Virus record (IMG/VR): IMGVR_UViG_3300027754_000055
Location: 32,001-96,000 of that record
Direction: 5' to 3' (one strand)
Source of the DNA: a virus
Length of the DNA: 64,000 bases
The position numbers and the translations under genes are program-made. The stretch's first letter is position 1; each line of letters opens with the position of its first letter. This document shows positions 29,201 through 38,921 of this stretch, piece after piece. The notes beneath the pieces were generated by a model, which was given only the letters and a program-made list of their open reading frames with translations, had not been told where the DNA came from and made no database searches.

Positions 29201-29570
29201 AAGAAGCCTTAACGGTGATCCAGTCGCAGCAAACGGCGAACAAGCTGGTGGCGTACCGTTGAGTGTCTATCCATGCGAATTATCTATTACAACTTTGGGA
29301 TGCCCATTTATTCGTTACTCGCAGGAAATATTTGTTGATTTTAATACAAATACTACAGCAGATAACATTTATTATGTAACGGGTTTATCTCATAAAATAG
29401 AGGCTGGTAACTATGAGACCACAATTAAACTTACTCCCAATGATGCTTTTGGTCAATATCGTAACATGATTTCTCAAATTAATTCAGCAGCTGGTTACTT
29501 AAGTGATGCAAATTCTCACGCCACCTCTGCACCTAATTCAACGACTTCACAGCAGCCATCTGGAAGATAA
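26211..29570 (+). CDS. Baseplate hub (gp27/GpD-like) protein
   Basis: VEYGWSHP; C-terminal ITTLGCPFI...DNIYYVTGLSHKIEAGNYETTIKL; TACTTA upstream. Confidence 0.6.
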   Translation: MLKLDLKLTKEQKSIRLGKIRDRFAPYFGFVVSGSISEALALNQAINSQRQNEISGAVNPAGRLALTPDRNAAQVFNIFLDGGSGALKAIADQQPASPGSSTTTDSSIKGRIINLFTGADTHATQNFSNYVQMHYCNSQNTTQAGEKTFFPNLDRIGFNNNDERSKQKLSVFRMIHPLLAPGEKNADLLTIFFNAFPTLELVRATPVLDIKMYSSRQVFQDGRLAAISLQKTLEGAVEAPDGTNQNSALRAIGLANQTTSSQFGDSSLDFQNYSIAGMELFRAPQTMVNPDATKIKSNFLAPVIDPFRPLASIKSFDVDVKSAVGLISTKTAKLEIVLHDRSRMGEFADIIKPDRYGSSFIEVEYGWSHPDQMEHDPNSLNGNPYADILNLTRTKEHYNITNSSFSFDEVGQVNISLNLVTRGASEMTELSITGNQEYLKQQLRIIENISKTINRLSAVAFGNQRETQGGTNTHRQEVRGHQMLGAVGDATNMLVVNAELLNSLRQLRESLDSRITGRGNAASSDNVRSASEQMVREINSLLGPSTSTSTTQVVTGAIGNIQSSVNRDIYESLRNINKTDPTNMNDFDADIFFNNMPENQKNYFKSNANVLTRRDPPIRRGAETNENNQLLDVAELNHNLGNNRRKVVSLGTLFTAFVAKPLAMIQDTSTAQDKFEEVQVYFYNFNNKASRMSHCNISQFPIMIDFFAREYSRLRLENLNRSVNMSVIEFVNFLANKMVDDSMNPAYGISDLYRYNSESRELEIATSGRNEEVRQDNFNLRMRNVMESNNIGHSPDFQMPQITLDIEAVPYAYDEKKTILKLHIYDKACSSTAPLRELLSLSTENLMSTLSSFPANQESAEAQEQANAAESNSTQANARHHHHGHRQNRNPAPATVDPHPLMSAWRSSYRTILDHANDIGMIVPVNEAARNLLNNINQQISNIPQNPQFRFTGGPKRLKEMVMQYVPHIIYGSMYSTVKSANLSTQQNAQLASINMLRSLNGDPVAANGEQAGGVPLSVYPCELSITTLGCPFIRYSQEIFVDFNTNTTADNIYYVTGLSHKIEAGNYETTIKLTPNDAFGQYRNMISQINSAAGYLSDANSHATSAPNSTTSQQPSGR

Positions 29571-29617
29571 TTTTATCTGATTGCTTTTGATAAGGATTGC
29601 TGTATAGTACATCCTAT

Positions 29618-30721
29618 ATGGAAAGTAATATCATTTCTCAACTATATCTTTTACCTTCTCCCCGACTCGCTCCAGAGACGCACCAGAAGGCTTTTAAAGG
29701 GCTCTCAGCAAGGCTCCAAGGCAATGCCGTTCCATGGGAACTAGCGGTTCCTGAGAAGGCTTATAGAGCGATTAAAAAGGATCAAGAAGCGTATGCCGCA
29801 GAACTACAAAACTTGGATCTCAGTTATGTTCACCAAATCTATGAACCAACAAACCAAGTGTTTGATTTCTTGCAGCCAGCAAAAATAAACACAGAAAAAT
29901 ATAACCAGTATATTCAATTGGATACAACCAGCCATACCGAAAGCTTTGCACCCAATGAAGAAGGTTATGCCAGACCCGTAGAATATGATCGGCTATCCAC
30001 TCTAACCGGTAGACTAAAAACAATCTCTGGTCCACGACTATTGCTTCTCCCCAAAATATACCGAGGTTTAATGGAATCCCGCTGGGGAACCAAAGGGAAA
30101 ATAATCTCATTAGATTATAGCTCTCTAGAGCCACGAACTCTTTTAGCTGCTTGTGGAGGACAACCAATAGAGAAGGATGTATATTCAAATATTAAGGATA
30201 ATCTCTTTAAAGATATCAATAATATCAACAGAACTACCGTTAAAAAAGTTGTGTTATCTGAATTGTATGGCGCTGGATTAGATTCCATTAAAGAAAAACT
30301 ACCCGATGTGCAAGACGTAGCATGGGTAGTTAATGAAATCAGAAATTATTTCGGTATTGAAAAGCTAAAACAAAAACTATATTCGGAATGGATCTCTAGC
30401 GGTCAAAGATATATCACTAATTTCTATGGCAGAAGAGTGAAAACAGAAAATACTCATACTTTGATAAACCATTATATTCAATCAACCGCTGTGGATATAT
30501 CTTTGCAAGGATTTTTAAATATCCTACAATTCATCAAAGACATGGATCGTCTTTCAGATATCATTCCATTGTTTATTTTACATGATGCCATTATTTTAGA
30601 CGTAAACGAAAATGCTTTTACAATGTTAAATGCATTATGTAAGGTTGGATCTACAGATATAAAGGATCTAGCAGATACTAAATTCTATATGTCGATTGAT
30701 AAGGAATTCGCACTCACATGA
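29618..30721 (+). CDS. polA: Compact family A DNA polymerase (polymerase domain only)
   Basis: TGRL, motif A LDYSSLEPR, motif B RTTVK..LYG, NHYIQS, motif C LHDA. Confidence 0.85.
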   Translation: MESNIISQLYLLPSPRLAPETHQKAFKGLSARLQGNAVPWELAVPEKAYRAIKKDQEAYAAELQNLDLSYVHQIYEPTNQVFDFLQPAKINTEKYNQYIQLDTTSHTESFAPNEEGYARPVEYDRLSTLTGRLKTISGPRLLLLPKIYRGLMESRWGTKGKIISLDYSSLEPRTLLAACGGQPIEKDVYSNIKDNLFKDINNINRTTVKKVVLSELYGAGLDSIKEKLPDVQDVAWVVNEIRNYFGIEKLKQKLYSEWISSGQRYITNFYGRRVKTENTHTLINHYIQSTAVDISLQGFLNILQFIKDMDRLSDIIPLFILHDAIILDVNENAFTMLNALCKVGSTDIKDLADTKFYMSIDKEFALT

Positions 30722-31071
30722 ACACCATAGATAAAATTAAGCTTCTAGCATCTGAATATGGGGACGGGAAATGTACGAATGTTTCCGTAATTCACTCAGA
30801 TTATTTGGCAGAAAGACTTGGAAAATATCGTGCTTTTGCCCAACTCGCAATTGAAAAGCACGATTGCCAAAATGAGCATCTCAATGATATTGAGCACGGA
30901 AGAGGAAATACAGAAGAAGAAGCAATTGAGAACTTGTATCTCAGATGTTTAAAAACCATCAACAATGAAAGCTCTATTCTAACTTCGGAAATAGAAAAAC
31001 TTAAAAATCATTTATCTAAAATGACTACCAATTTAGAACATTTAAACAACCTACTGAAAGAAACAAAATGA
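30718..31071 (+). CDS. Hypothetical protein
   Basis: Translationally coupled ORF. Confidence 0.7.
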   Translation: MNTIDKIKLLASEYGDGKCTNVSVIHSDYLAERLGKYRAFAQLAIEKHDCQNEHLNDIEHGRGNTEEEAIENLYLRCLKTINNESSILTSEIEKLKNHLSKMTTNLEHLNNLLKETK

Positions 31072-31676
31072 CACCAGAACAAACAGTTATCAAAAATTTT
31101 GAATTATTTAAAACACAAACATCAAAACTTGGTCCAAAGGCCGGAAAACTATTAGAATTTATTGATGCAAACGCAGAGCGTATTATGCTTTCGCCAGCAT
31201 CCTCTAAAGTTGATTATAACTGTTGTCATGTTGGAGGCTTAGTCGAGCATTCATTGCGTGTGCTACAAAACGCAGCAAAGCTACGTCAGGTTTACAATCA
31301 AACAGAAACCATTTCTACTCCTAGCCTAATTCTTTGTTCTTTGTTTCATGATATTGGAAAAATCGGCACAGAAACCAAAGATTATTATATTGAAAACACT
31401 TCTAAATGGCATCGTGAAACTCTAGGCCAACTTTATGTAATTACCGACAAACTTCAACACGTACCTGTATCTCAAATTAGTCTTTGGTGGCTTTCTAAAC
31501 AATCAGTTGACTTAGATCTGGATGAATGGTACAGTATATCTGCGATTGGTAATAAACACCGGCAAGAAGAGTTGCCAACGCAAGGAGAGCCTTGGTTAAC
31601 AGTTATTTTGCAACAAGCAATTAAATCTGCTTGTTTGATGGGTAAAGGTAAAACCAAGGTAAATCCCATACAATAA
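31068..31676 (+). CDS. HD-domain phosphohydrolase (YhaM-like)
   Basis: PASS..GGLVEHSL, LFHDIGKIG. Confidence 0.85.
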   Translation: MTPEQTVIKNFELFKTQTSKLGPKAGKLLEFIDANAERIMLSPASSKVDYNCCHVGGLVEHSLRVLQNAAKLRQVYNQTETISTPSLILCSLFHDIGKIGTETKDYYIENTSKWHRETLGQLYVITDKLQHVPVSQISLWWLSKQSVDLDLDEWYSISAIGNKHRQEELPTQGEPWLTVILQQAIKSACLMGKGKTKVNPIQ

Positions 31677-31770
31677 TCTCTTTTTGTACTATACTTATTA
31701 GGTAGACCACCCCAATAGAGTATATTGAATACTAAACAAAATAGTGGTAAGAAAAAAGGAAAAAAACATC

Positions 31771-32604
31771 ATGGCATATAATATTGACGCAATCCGTTCC
31801 GCTCTAACCAAAGGCGACAAAACAGCCGCCAAAACAACCACAAGCGATAAACCAAAACAAGCATACTGGAAGCCAACAGTCGGTGAGCATGATCTACGAT
31901 TTTTGCCAATCCAATCATCAACAGGTGAACCCTTTCAAGAAGTACTCTTTTATGACAAAAGGGAGCTATCTGAACGACGTTTTGTAGCACCTTATGCTTT
32001 TGGACTTCCTGATCCAATCAAGGAGCAATTTGATGAATTGCGAAATAGTAAAAAGCACCCAGGAGGCTGGGCTATTGCCAAGCATCTTCGTCCAAAGGAA
32101 CGCTATTATGGCGTTGTAATCGTTCGTGGCGAAGAAGCAAAAGGCCCACAAGTCTGGGAATTTAGCAAAGAAACACGTGATATGGTTTATAGCATCCTGT
32201 CAAATAAAGACAATATTGACGAGGATATGTTTTCACCAGAAGTAGGATATGATTTTACGTGTGCAGTAACGCCTGTTATTGAAAATGGTAAACCACGAAC
32301 TTTCAATGGTTTGCCAGTTAAAGCAATCAATCTCCAGGCACGCAAAAAGCCATCTCCTCTATCAAAGGATAAAGCACAAGCAAAGGCATGGGTGGAAGCC
32401 ATTCCGAATCTAGAAGAGACGTTCAAACGTCAATGCAAGGCTCCAGAAGAGCTTGTAGAACTTCTAGAGAACTTTGTAGCAACACTTACTAATACTACAA
32501 AACCAACTGAATCTGGCACAGATCATACTGAAGCTGTTGTCGGTAAAGCGAAAGCTAGTGCAGCAGAAGATAAACTGGACGACGCCTTCAGCGGCATGTT
32601 CTGA
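31771..32604 (+). CDS. gp32-like single-stranded DNA-binding protein
   Basis: YWKP..GEHDLRFLP, PKERYY, GYDF, acidic tail LDDAFSGMF. Confidence 0.8.
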   Translation: MAYNIDAIRSALTKGDKTAAKTTTSDKPKQAYWKPTVGEHDLRFLPIQSSTGEPFQEVLFYDKRELSERRFVAPYAFGLPDPIKEQFDELRNSKKHPGGWAIAKHLRPKERYYGVVIVRGEEAKGPQVWEFSKETRDMVYSILSNKDNIDEDMFSPEVGYDFTCAVTPVIENGKPRTFNGLPVKAINLQARKKPSPLSKDKAQAKAWVEAIPNLEETFKRQCKAPEELVELLENFVATLTNTTKPTESGTDHTEAVVGKAKASAAEDKLDDAFSGMF

Positions 32605-32642
32605 TAATAGTATCAAAATTTTAAATTGATGGGGGGGGGATT

Positions 32643-32677
32643 GAAAGGGACATCTAAAATGGTGTCCCTTTCTTTTT
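32643..32677 (+). terminator. Rho-independent terminator
   Basis: GAAAGGGACATC-loop-GGTGTCCCTTTC then TTTTT. Confidence 0.8.
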
Positions 32678-32787
32678 GTATTTCTTATAATTAAAAATAT
32701 ATTAATTCAATTAAATATTATAATTCGTTGATAATCAATTGACATCAATAACCATATCTCCTAATATGTTTTTAGGAGATAAAACAC

Positions 32788-35100
32788 ATGGCACCACCAA
32801 AAACAAAAAAACCACCACTATTATCAGATGAAGAATTGGCCAATGCAAACAATGAGGACATTGATTTCTCGGCTGAATTAATCAAGCAAATCAATAAAGA
32901 AGCTGGCAATCGTATTGCTTTCAATCTTGGTACAGATGATGCGCCAACAAACATAAAACGCTGGATCTCAACCGGATCAAAACAACTAGATTACATTGTC
33001 TCAAATCGTCCAAACGGAGGTCTTGCAGAGGGTAGAATTATTGAAATTCAAGGCCCTGCTTCATGTCATGCCAAAGGTACTTTGGTTTTGAAATATGATG
33101 GCAATCCAATTAAAGTAGAAGAAGTAACCACTAAAACAGTTCTAATGGGACCAGACAGTAAGCCCCGAAAAGTTCTGGAGGTGCATTCTGGCAAAGATGA
33201 AATGTATCGTATTACTCCATTTACTGGTGCAAATCCATTTACTGTAAATCAAAATCATATTCTTACTTTAAAGAGAGCAGCAACCAAAAAGAAACTAGAA
33301 AAGCGTAACGGAGAAGTTGTTAACGTTACAGTTAAAGAATATGTAAATTCATCACGTTCTTTTAAGAAGAACTATAAGCTTTATCGTTCAAACTTAATTG
33401 AATTTAATAAAGATAAAAAATCTACTTTAGATATTCCGCCATATATTCTTGGGCTTTTGATCGGTGACGGTTCTCTTTCAAAACAAAGAATAGAATTAAC
33501 AACGGCAGATAATCCAATTGTTTCAGAATTTACGTCATACATCCTAGATTTAGGGCATTCCGTAGCTTTATACAATAAAGCTAAAACCAAAGCAATTGGT
33601 CTTTATGTTAATAAAAATAGACTAAGCCATAATATCCTCCAGCAAAAACTTGAAAGCATTGGTTTGCTTGGTAAGAAAAGTGGTGATAAATTTATTCCAA
33701 AAAACTACCAGACTAGTTCAAAAGAAAACAGATTGGAACTTCTAGCTGGTTTAATTGATACTGATGGATATAGAGATGTAAATGGCAGTTATGAATATTC
33801 AACTAAATCATTGCAGCTAAGTGAAGATGTGGCATTCGTTGCAAGAAGTCTTGGTTTTTCTGTAACAATATCAGATAAATTTGTTGCTGATCAATTATAT
33901 TATCGTCTTTACATGTTTAATAATAAAATTGAAATTCCAAGTCGGCTCAGCAGAAAACAACAAAAAGTAAGAAATATAAAGAAAAATCTTTCTCTTGTTG
34001 GATTTAACATTGAAGCTGTTGGGGTGGATGAATATTATGGCTTTGCAGTAGATTCTGATAATCTATTTCTTGGATATGATTTCTTAGTTCATCACAATTC
34101 TGGAAAATCACATATAGCATATGAGATCGCCAAATCGACCCAGCATATGGGTGGTATTGTTGTGTATATTGATACAGAGAATGCTACTTCAGTTGAAAAC
34201 CTTGAAACTATTGGGATCGATATTCGCAAAAAATTTGTTTTTATCCAAGAAACCTGTATTGAGGAAATTTTTAAGGTCATTGAAAGCACGATTGAAAAAG
34301 CAAGAAATCTTAAAGCAGATGTGCCGGTTACTATTATTTGGGATTCGGTAGCGGCTTCTGCTCCAAAAGCAGAGATTGAGGGTGATTACGACCAAAACAC
34401 CATTGGGCTTGCTGCTCGTGTATTGTCGAAAGGTTTCCGCAAGATTACACATGTGATTGGAGACAAAAATGTGTGTTTATTGCTGTTAAATCAGCAGAGA
34501 GTTAAGATCGGGGTCATGTTTTCAGACCCGACCACGACTCCTGGAGGCATGGCAATCCCTTATCACGCTTCTACACGCATCAAACTTACCGGTGGACAGC
34601 AAATTAAACAGACAATTAACGGCAAAGAAGCTGTTGTTGGCATCAACGTGACATGCAAGACTATCAAGAACAAGGTTGCACGCCCATGGAGAGAAGTAAG
34701 TTTTGAAATCCATTTCGGCAAAGGTATTCGTGAAGATGAACAGATTTTTGACGAGTTACGTGAATATTGCGAAAAATGCAAAGACACTGTAATTGTAAAT
34801 GGTATGAAGGTTAAAGTCCATGGTGGAGGGGCATGGAAATATTTCACAGTAAGTGATAACAGTACGGGTGAAGTAGTCCATGACATAACTTTTAATAAAT
34901 CTGCATTTAGAGAGAAAGTAATTAACAATCCAGAAGTTCAAGTATATCTTACGGGTTTAATGGATGCAGCATTTATTATGGGAAATGGAGATGATAATCA
35001 TAAAACCATTGCCAGTATTGATTTAAATTCTGCCACAGAAGTTGAAGCAGTTAAAGTAGAGAGAACTGTTAAGACCGGGAAGAATCTTCTGCTTGATTAA
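32788..35100 (+). CDS. recA: RecA recombinase with intein
   Basis: ISTGS..LD, GPAS|SGKS, YIDTE, WDSVAA, NQQR, TPGG; TTGACA-17-TAATAT promoter and GGAG RBS. Confidence 0.95.
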   Translation: MAPPKTKKPPLLSDEELANANNEDIDFSAELIKQINKEAGNRIAFNLGTDDAPTNIKRWISTGSKQLDYIVSNRPNGGLAEGRIIEIQGPASCHAKGTLVLKYDGNPIKVEEVTTKTVLMGPDSKPRKVLEVHSGKDEMYRITPFTGANPFTVNQNHILTLKRAATKKKLEKRNGEVVNVTVKEYVNSSRSFKKNYKLYRSNLIEFNKDKKSTLDIPPYILGLLIGDGSLSKQRIELTTADNPIVSEFTSYILDLGHSVALYNKAKTKAIGLYVNKNRLSHNILQQKLESIGLLGKKSGDKFIPKNYQTSSKENRLELLAGLIDTDGYRDVNGSYEYSTKSLQLSEDVAFVARSLGFSVTISDKFVADQLYYRLYMFNNKIEIPSRLSRKQQKVRNIKKNLSLVGFNIEAVGVDEYYGFAVDSDNLFLGYDFLVHHNSGKSHIAYEIAKSTQHMGGIVVYIDTENATSVENLETIGIDIRKKFVFIQETCIEEIFKVIESTIEKARNLKADVPVTIIWDSVAASAPKAEIEGDYDQNTIGLAARVLSKGFRKITHVIGDKNVCLLLLNQQRVKIGVMFSDPTTTPGGMAIPYHASTRIKLTGGQQIKQTINGKEAVVGINVTCKTIKNKVARPWREVSFEIHFGKGIREDEQIFDELREYCEKCKDTVIVNGMKVKVHGGGAWKYFTVSDNSTGEVVHDITFNKSAFREKVINNPEVQVYLTGLMDAAFIMGNGDDNHKTIASIDLNSATEVEAVKVERTVKTGKNLLLD
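33064..34098 (+). mobile_element. 345-aa intein with LAGLIDADG homing endonuclease in RecA P-loop
   Basis: C1 (CHAKGT) ... VHHN|S; ILGLLIGDG and LLAGLIDTDG. Confidence 0.93.
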
Positions 35101-35305
35101 TTTTGCTATTTAGCAGATTATTTTTACGGTCAAATTCGCTTATAGCAATTGATAACAAACTCAATAGTTGTTGTTCCTGAACATCATCCATCTGGTTGCG
35201 TTTGTTATCGATTTCCCGATGTAGCTCATCAAAATTTTTAATAGATATCTCGGCTAAAATTGCTTCTTTTATGATGCTTTTAAGTTGTTTTGTTATAGAA
35301 TCCAT
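35069..35305 (-). CDS. LKSIIKE-leader small protein
   Basis: MDSITKQLKSIIKEAILAE; GAGG RBS; TATTTA upstream. Confidence 0.7.
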   Translation of the reverse strand: MDSITKQLKSIIKEAILAEISIKNFDELHREIDNKRNQMDDVQEQQLLSLLSIAISEFDRKNNLLNSKINQAEDSSRS

Positions 35306-35326
35306 AATATCCTCAAGAGTAAATAT

Positions 35327-35719
35327 ATGACCATAACTGTAACGGCAAACGATATACATATTAATTTACACAACAATTGCCATAAGTCAGTAAAGCCTGG
35401 GAAGCTTTATCAGCTTTTACGCCGAAGTCACACTTCAAAGCAAACAGAAGTATGGGATGATAACATTGGAGTCGTCATGGAATATCAAAATATTAATTGT
35501 GAAATATTTGAAGGCATAAAGATATTATCTCTTGCCCCAGATGGAATTTTTATGCTTATAGAAGCCACCACAACAGCAATTGGTATCCATTATGTTGATG
35601 ACTACAAGGGTCCACTAGACCCAGTTTTTCATATTTTAGCGGCAGAAGGCCAGGGATGGTTAAGTTTTAGTCAATGCAATATTTGTGCGGAAGGTTTTTA
35701 CTTAAGAGAAGTGAAGTAG
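35327..35719 (+). CDS. IGKLY/GxIGW paralog
   Basis: VKPGKLY...HILAAEGQGWL. Confidence 0.7.
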   Translation: MTITVTANDIHINLHNNCHKSVKPGKLYQLLRRSHTSKQTEVWDDNIGVVMEYQNINCEIFEGIKILSLAPDGIFMLIEATTTAIGIHYVDDYKGPLDPVFHILAAEGQGWLSFSQCNICAEGFYLREVK

Positions 35720-35724
35720 TTGAA

Positions 35725-37353
35725 TCACTGTTCTTCTGCTTTTAGCAGCCCGAATTTTTCTGGGTCGAATCCATCTGGAAATATTGTATTTCTATTATAG
35801 ATTGTTTCTCTAAATTTTGCATCCTTTAGATTTGCTCCTTTTAGGTTAGCATTTTTAAAATAACAATGTTCTAGATTGGCATTTGTTAGATTGGCATTTT
35901 CTAAAATTGTATTATTGAAAATTATTACACTGAGATCAGCGTCTGAAAAGTTTGCGTCTTTAAAATTAGCTTTTGATACTATTGTATTTTTCATATCTGC
36001 GCTTGTGAAGTTAGAGTTTTTAAAATTACCATTCCAAAAAAATGCACCTTCTAGAATGGCTCCTTGGAAATTTGTATTTTCCATATTTGCGCCATCAAAT
36101 TTTACATTTTTAAGGTTAGCATTTTTAAGGTTTACATTTTTGAAATCTATGATATTTGATGCGTTAACAATTCTGCCTAAATATGTTCCTTCTAGGTCAC
36201 AGTTATAGAATTTTGCACTGCCTAAATTTGCATCAGAGAAATTTGTGTTTTTTAAATTTACATTATCAAAACTAGCTCCATAGAGATAGGCAGAAGTAAA
36301 GTTTGCATTTTCGAAGTTGCTACTATTTATTTCGGCATTGCCAAGTGAGGTATCTTTAAGCTGAGCAGATTGAAAATTTGAATCAATAATTTTTACTGAA
36401 CTCATAGCACAGTAGTTTAATGTAGCATTTGAGAAATTTGTTTCTATAAATTTTGAATAATTGAATTCTATGTTAGATAGAATTTTACCACTGAAATTTT
36501 TATTAATAATTTTTGTATTATTGTAACTAATTTTTAAACTAGATACGGTATCCGTGTTAACGGGTTTTTGTATTATTTTTATTAGATCTACCGCCGTAGT
36601 ATTAAAAAACACAGCTTGACATGGTTCAGATGTATGAATAATCTTAAGGCAATCATCTATTACTCCATCGTATCCTAAGATTTTATTAAGAATTACGGAC
36701 CACTTACCAGTTTGTCCACCGCCTCTAGCATCTGGCTCTATTGGTCGATAGGAAGCAAGAACTTTGCTGACATATTTGTCTCTTTTCTGTTGCTCTTCTG
36801 GAGATAATAGTTTTTTTGTTCTTGGCTGTTCATTGGCATCAGATGGTTCAGGTATATTGTATGCTTCAGTGATTAATGCCAATGATGGTTCTAAAGAAAT
36901 TCGTCTGGTCACGTTCCAGATAAACCCAGATGGAGATTGTACTCTGGCATCCATTTCCCAATCTTCTATTTCTTCATCATCTAATTTATATTTACTTTTA
37001 AGTTTATTCAGATCATCATAATATTGATCTTCAGTGTATGTTTTAAGATTTAGTATTCGAGCTTCTGGTTTTGGTTTTATGATTACTGCATATGGTCTTT
37101 CAATTGCAAAATCTCTCATTTTAGAAAAAACTAATGGATAAGCATAAAAACCTATAGGTGTGTCAAATTTATTTATTACATACAGAGCCATTCTAGGAAC
37201 ATGACTAAAATGAATGAAATATTCTTTTTTTGATTCATAATCATTCAACTCCTCTTTCCATCTTGGTAAGTTTTCTCCAATTTCTTTTTTATATTTTACC
37301 GCTTCCATTACGGTGAATTTAATGATTGATTTTAAATTTTTTATATTGCTCAT
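35725..37353 (-). CDS. LKSIIK-leader protein: ART-like N-domain plus pentapeptide repeats
   Basis: FIHFS..TPIGFYAYP..LGYDGVID..HTSEP.QAVFF; C-terminal A(N/D)(F/L)xx repeats. Confidence 0.75.
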   Translation of the reverse strand: MSNIKNLKSIIKFTVMEAVKYKKEIGENLPRWKEELNDYESKKEYFIHFSHVPRMALYVINKFDTPIGFYAYPLVFSKMRDFAIERPYAVIIKPKPEARILNLKTYTEDQYYDDLNKLKSKYKLDDEEIEDWEMDARVQSPSGFIWNVTRRISLEPSLALITEAYNIPEPSDANEQPRTKKLLSPEEQQKRDKYVSKVLASYRPIEPDARGGGQTGKWSVILNKILGYDGVIDDCLKIIHTSEPCQAVFFNTTAVDLIKIIQKPVNTDTVSSLKISYNNTKIINKNFSGKILSNIEFNYSKFIETNFSNATLNYCAMSSVKIIDSNFQSAQLKDTSLGNAEINSSNFENANFTSAYLYGASFDNVNLKNTNFSDANLGSAKFYNCDLEGTYLGRIVNASNIIDFKNVNLKNANLKNVKFDGANMENTNFQGAILEGAFFWNGNFKNSNFTSADMKNTIVSKANFKDANFSDADLSVIIFNNTILENANLTNANLEHCYFKNANLKGANLKDAKFRETIYNRNTIFPDGFDPEKFGLLKAEEQ

Positions 37354-37421
37354 GTTATGTTTAGTAAATATTATCTTTATTTTTAAAGTGAAATTTGATT
37401 AAATTATTTGTTATTATAATC

Positions 37422-37691
37422 ATGAAAAGATCACAAATTAAAATCGGTGGATTATATCAGCCTACTACTGCTTGTAAGCTACACATTTGGAACACACAGC
37501 CATCATGGTTTGCTGAAGATATATCGGACAATAGTGAAATAATTTGCGTTATTGATGATGATGATCATTTTATTGTTTTAGAGTTATTACCACCGACAGG
37601 TAATAAAAAATATATTGATGTGAAAGTTTTATCTAAAGAAGGGATAATAGGTTGGGTTTCCACTGATATATGTTTTATCAAAGAAGCATAA
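37422..37691 (+). CDS. IGKLY/GxIGW paralog
   Basis: IKIGGLY...KVLSKEGIIGWV. Confidence 0.8.
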   Translation: MKRSQIKIGGLYQPTTACKLHIWNTQPSWFAEDISDNSEIICVIDDDDHFIVLELLPPTGNKKYIDVKVLSKEGIIGWVSTDICFIKEA

Positions 37692-37783
37692 AAACAAAAA
37701 GAGCTTGAAATGTTTTTCGGTCTGTGTTATGGTATAAGCTATAAGTGGATAGCAGTTAGCTACCCGTATCAAGGAGAAATTAT

Positions 37784-38002
37784 ATGGAACATCGTTTTAA
37801 AGATAAAGATTTTTCTGGCGCTTGCCTGATCAAAGCAGATATGCGTGGCAAGGATCTGACTGGAGCAAATTTCTATAATGCAAATTTACATGGGGCAGAT
37901 TTTTCTCATGCCCACCTAAAAGGTGCCAATTTTATTGGTGCCAATATCCAAAATGCTATTTTTTTTCATGCCGATCTAACTGATACGATTCTAGAGCGTT
38001 AA
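37784..38002 (+). CDS. Pentapeptide repeat protein
   Basis: ACLIK ADMRG KDLTG ANFYN ANLHG; AGGAG RBS. Confidence 0.85.
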   Translation: MEHRFKDKDFSGACLIKADMRGKDLTGANFYNANLHGADFSHAHLKGANFIGANIQNAIFFHADLTDTILER

Positions 38003-38156
38003 TACTTCTTATTAAGAAGTATTGCAATATTTAGCCTTAAAGAAGGCTATGTTTTAGATTATGAATGGGATTACTATAATGATGATAGCAGAGGTAATTT
38101 TGCTCCCGTCATCTGTTCTTCCTGTGGCAGAAGAAGAATTTTTTCTTTAAAAGAAT

Positions 38157-38492
38157 TTGAACAGGAGAATATTAATGGATGAATTAAGATATGATCCCGT
38201 GGAAATTGATAACACAGGATATGTTCCGTATCCAGAAACCGTTTACGTAGAGTGCGAATGTAACTCACTTGAGCACGTGATACGGTTCTCGTATTGTAGA
38301 GAACATGATCCATCTGAAAACCGTATCTATATTCATCTTTTCTTAAAAAAAGATCGTTTTATTAAGCGCTTAATGCATGGGTTGAAATATATATTCGGCC
38401 ACACCTCAAAATTTGGTCATTTTGAAGAAACAATAATTACAAAAGATAAAGCGGTTGATATTATCAAGTTATTACAAAGATTAAATTCATGA
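38157..38492 (+). CDS. Hypothetical protein
   Basis: CEC...H motif; coupled to macro gene. Confidence 0.7.
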   Translation: MNRRILMDELRYDPVEIDNTGYVPYPETVYVECECNSLEHVIRFSYCREHDPSENRIYIHLFLKKDRFIKRLMHGLKYIFGHTSKFGHFEETIITKDKAVDIIKLLQRLNS

Positions 38493-38917
38493 AAACAATA
38501 GAAGGAGACTTGCTGGATATCGATGAAGGTTTGATATGTCACCAAGTCAATATCTGTGGTGTTTTTAATGCTGGTCTTGCAAAGCAAATAAGAGATAAGT
38601 ATCCAATCGTATTTGAATGTTACAACAAAAGATATAAATCAAATTTATGGACATTGGGAGATGTGCAGGCAGTAAAAGTTACAGGTGAACTAACTGTAGC
38701 AAACATTGCTGCCCAGGCAACTTATGGACGGAGTGGGCTGCACACAAATTATGATGCTCTTAAGCAAGGATTTAAGAAGATTGCCGATAAGTTTAAAGGA
38801 CAAATCTATATTCCAGAAAAAATAGGATGCGGTCTTGCTGGTGGTGACTGGGAAGTCGTTTTTGATATGATTGAAAAAGAATTACCACAAGCAATTATTA
38901 TAAGAAAAATAGGTTAA
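38489..38917 (+). CDS. Macro domain ADP-ribose glycohydrolase (DarG/TARG1-like)
   Basis: EGDLL, CHQVN..G.F.AGLA, IGCGLAGGDW. Confidence 0.9.
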   Translation: MKTIEGDLLDIDEGLICHQVNICGVFNAGLAKQIRDKYPIVFECYNKRYKSNLWTLGDVQAVKVTGELTVANIAAQATYGRSGLHTNYDALKQGFKKIADKFKGQIYIPEKIGCGLAGGDWEVVFDMIEKELPQAIIIRKIG

Positions 38918-38921
38918 AATA

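Noticed and set aside
31692-31697. TACTTA before the SSB gene as a late-regulon member
   Set aside because: More than 70 nt from the likely ATG and in front of a replication gene; could be chance in AT-rich DNA, so not counted
32631-32730. G9 tract and AT-rich stretch as phase-variation site or replication origin
   Set aside because: The G run lies between a stop codon and a terminator; no iterons or other support for an origin
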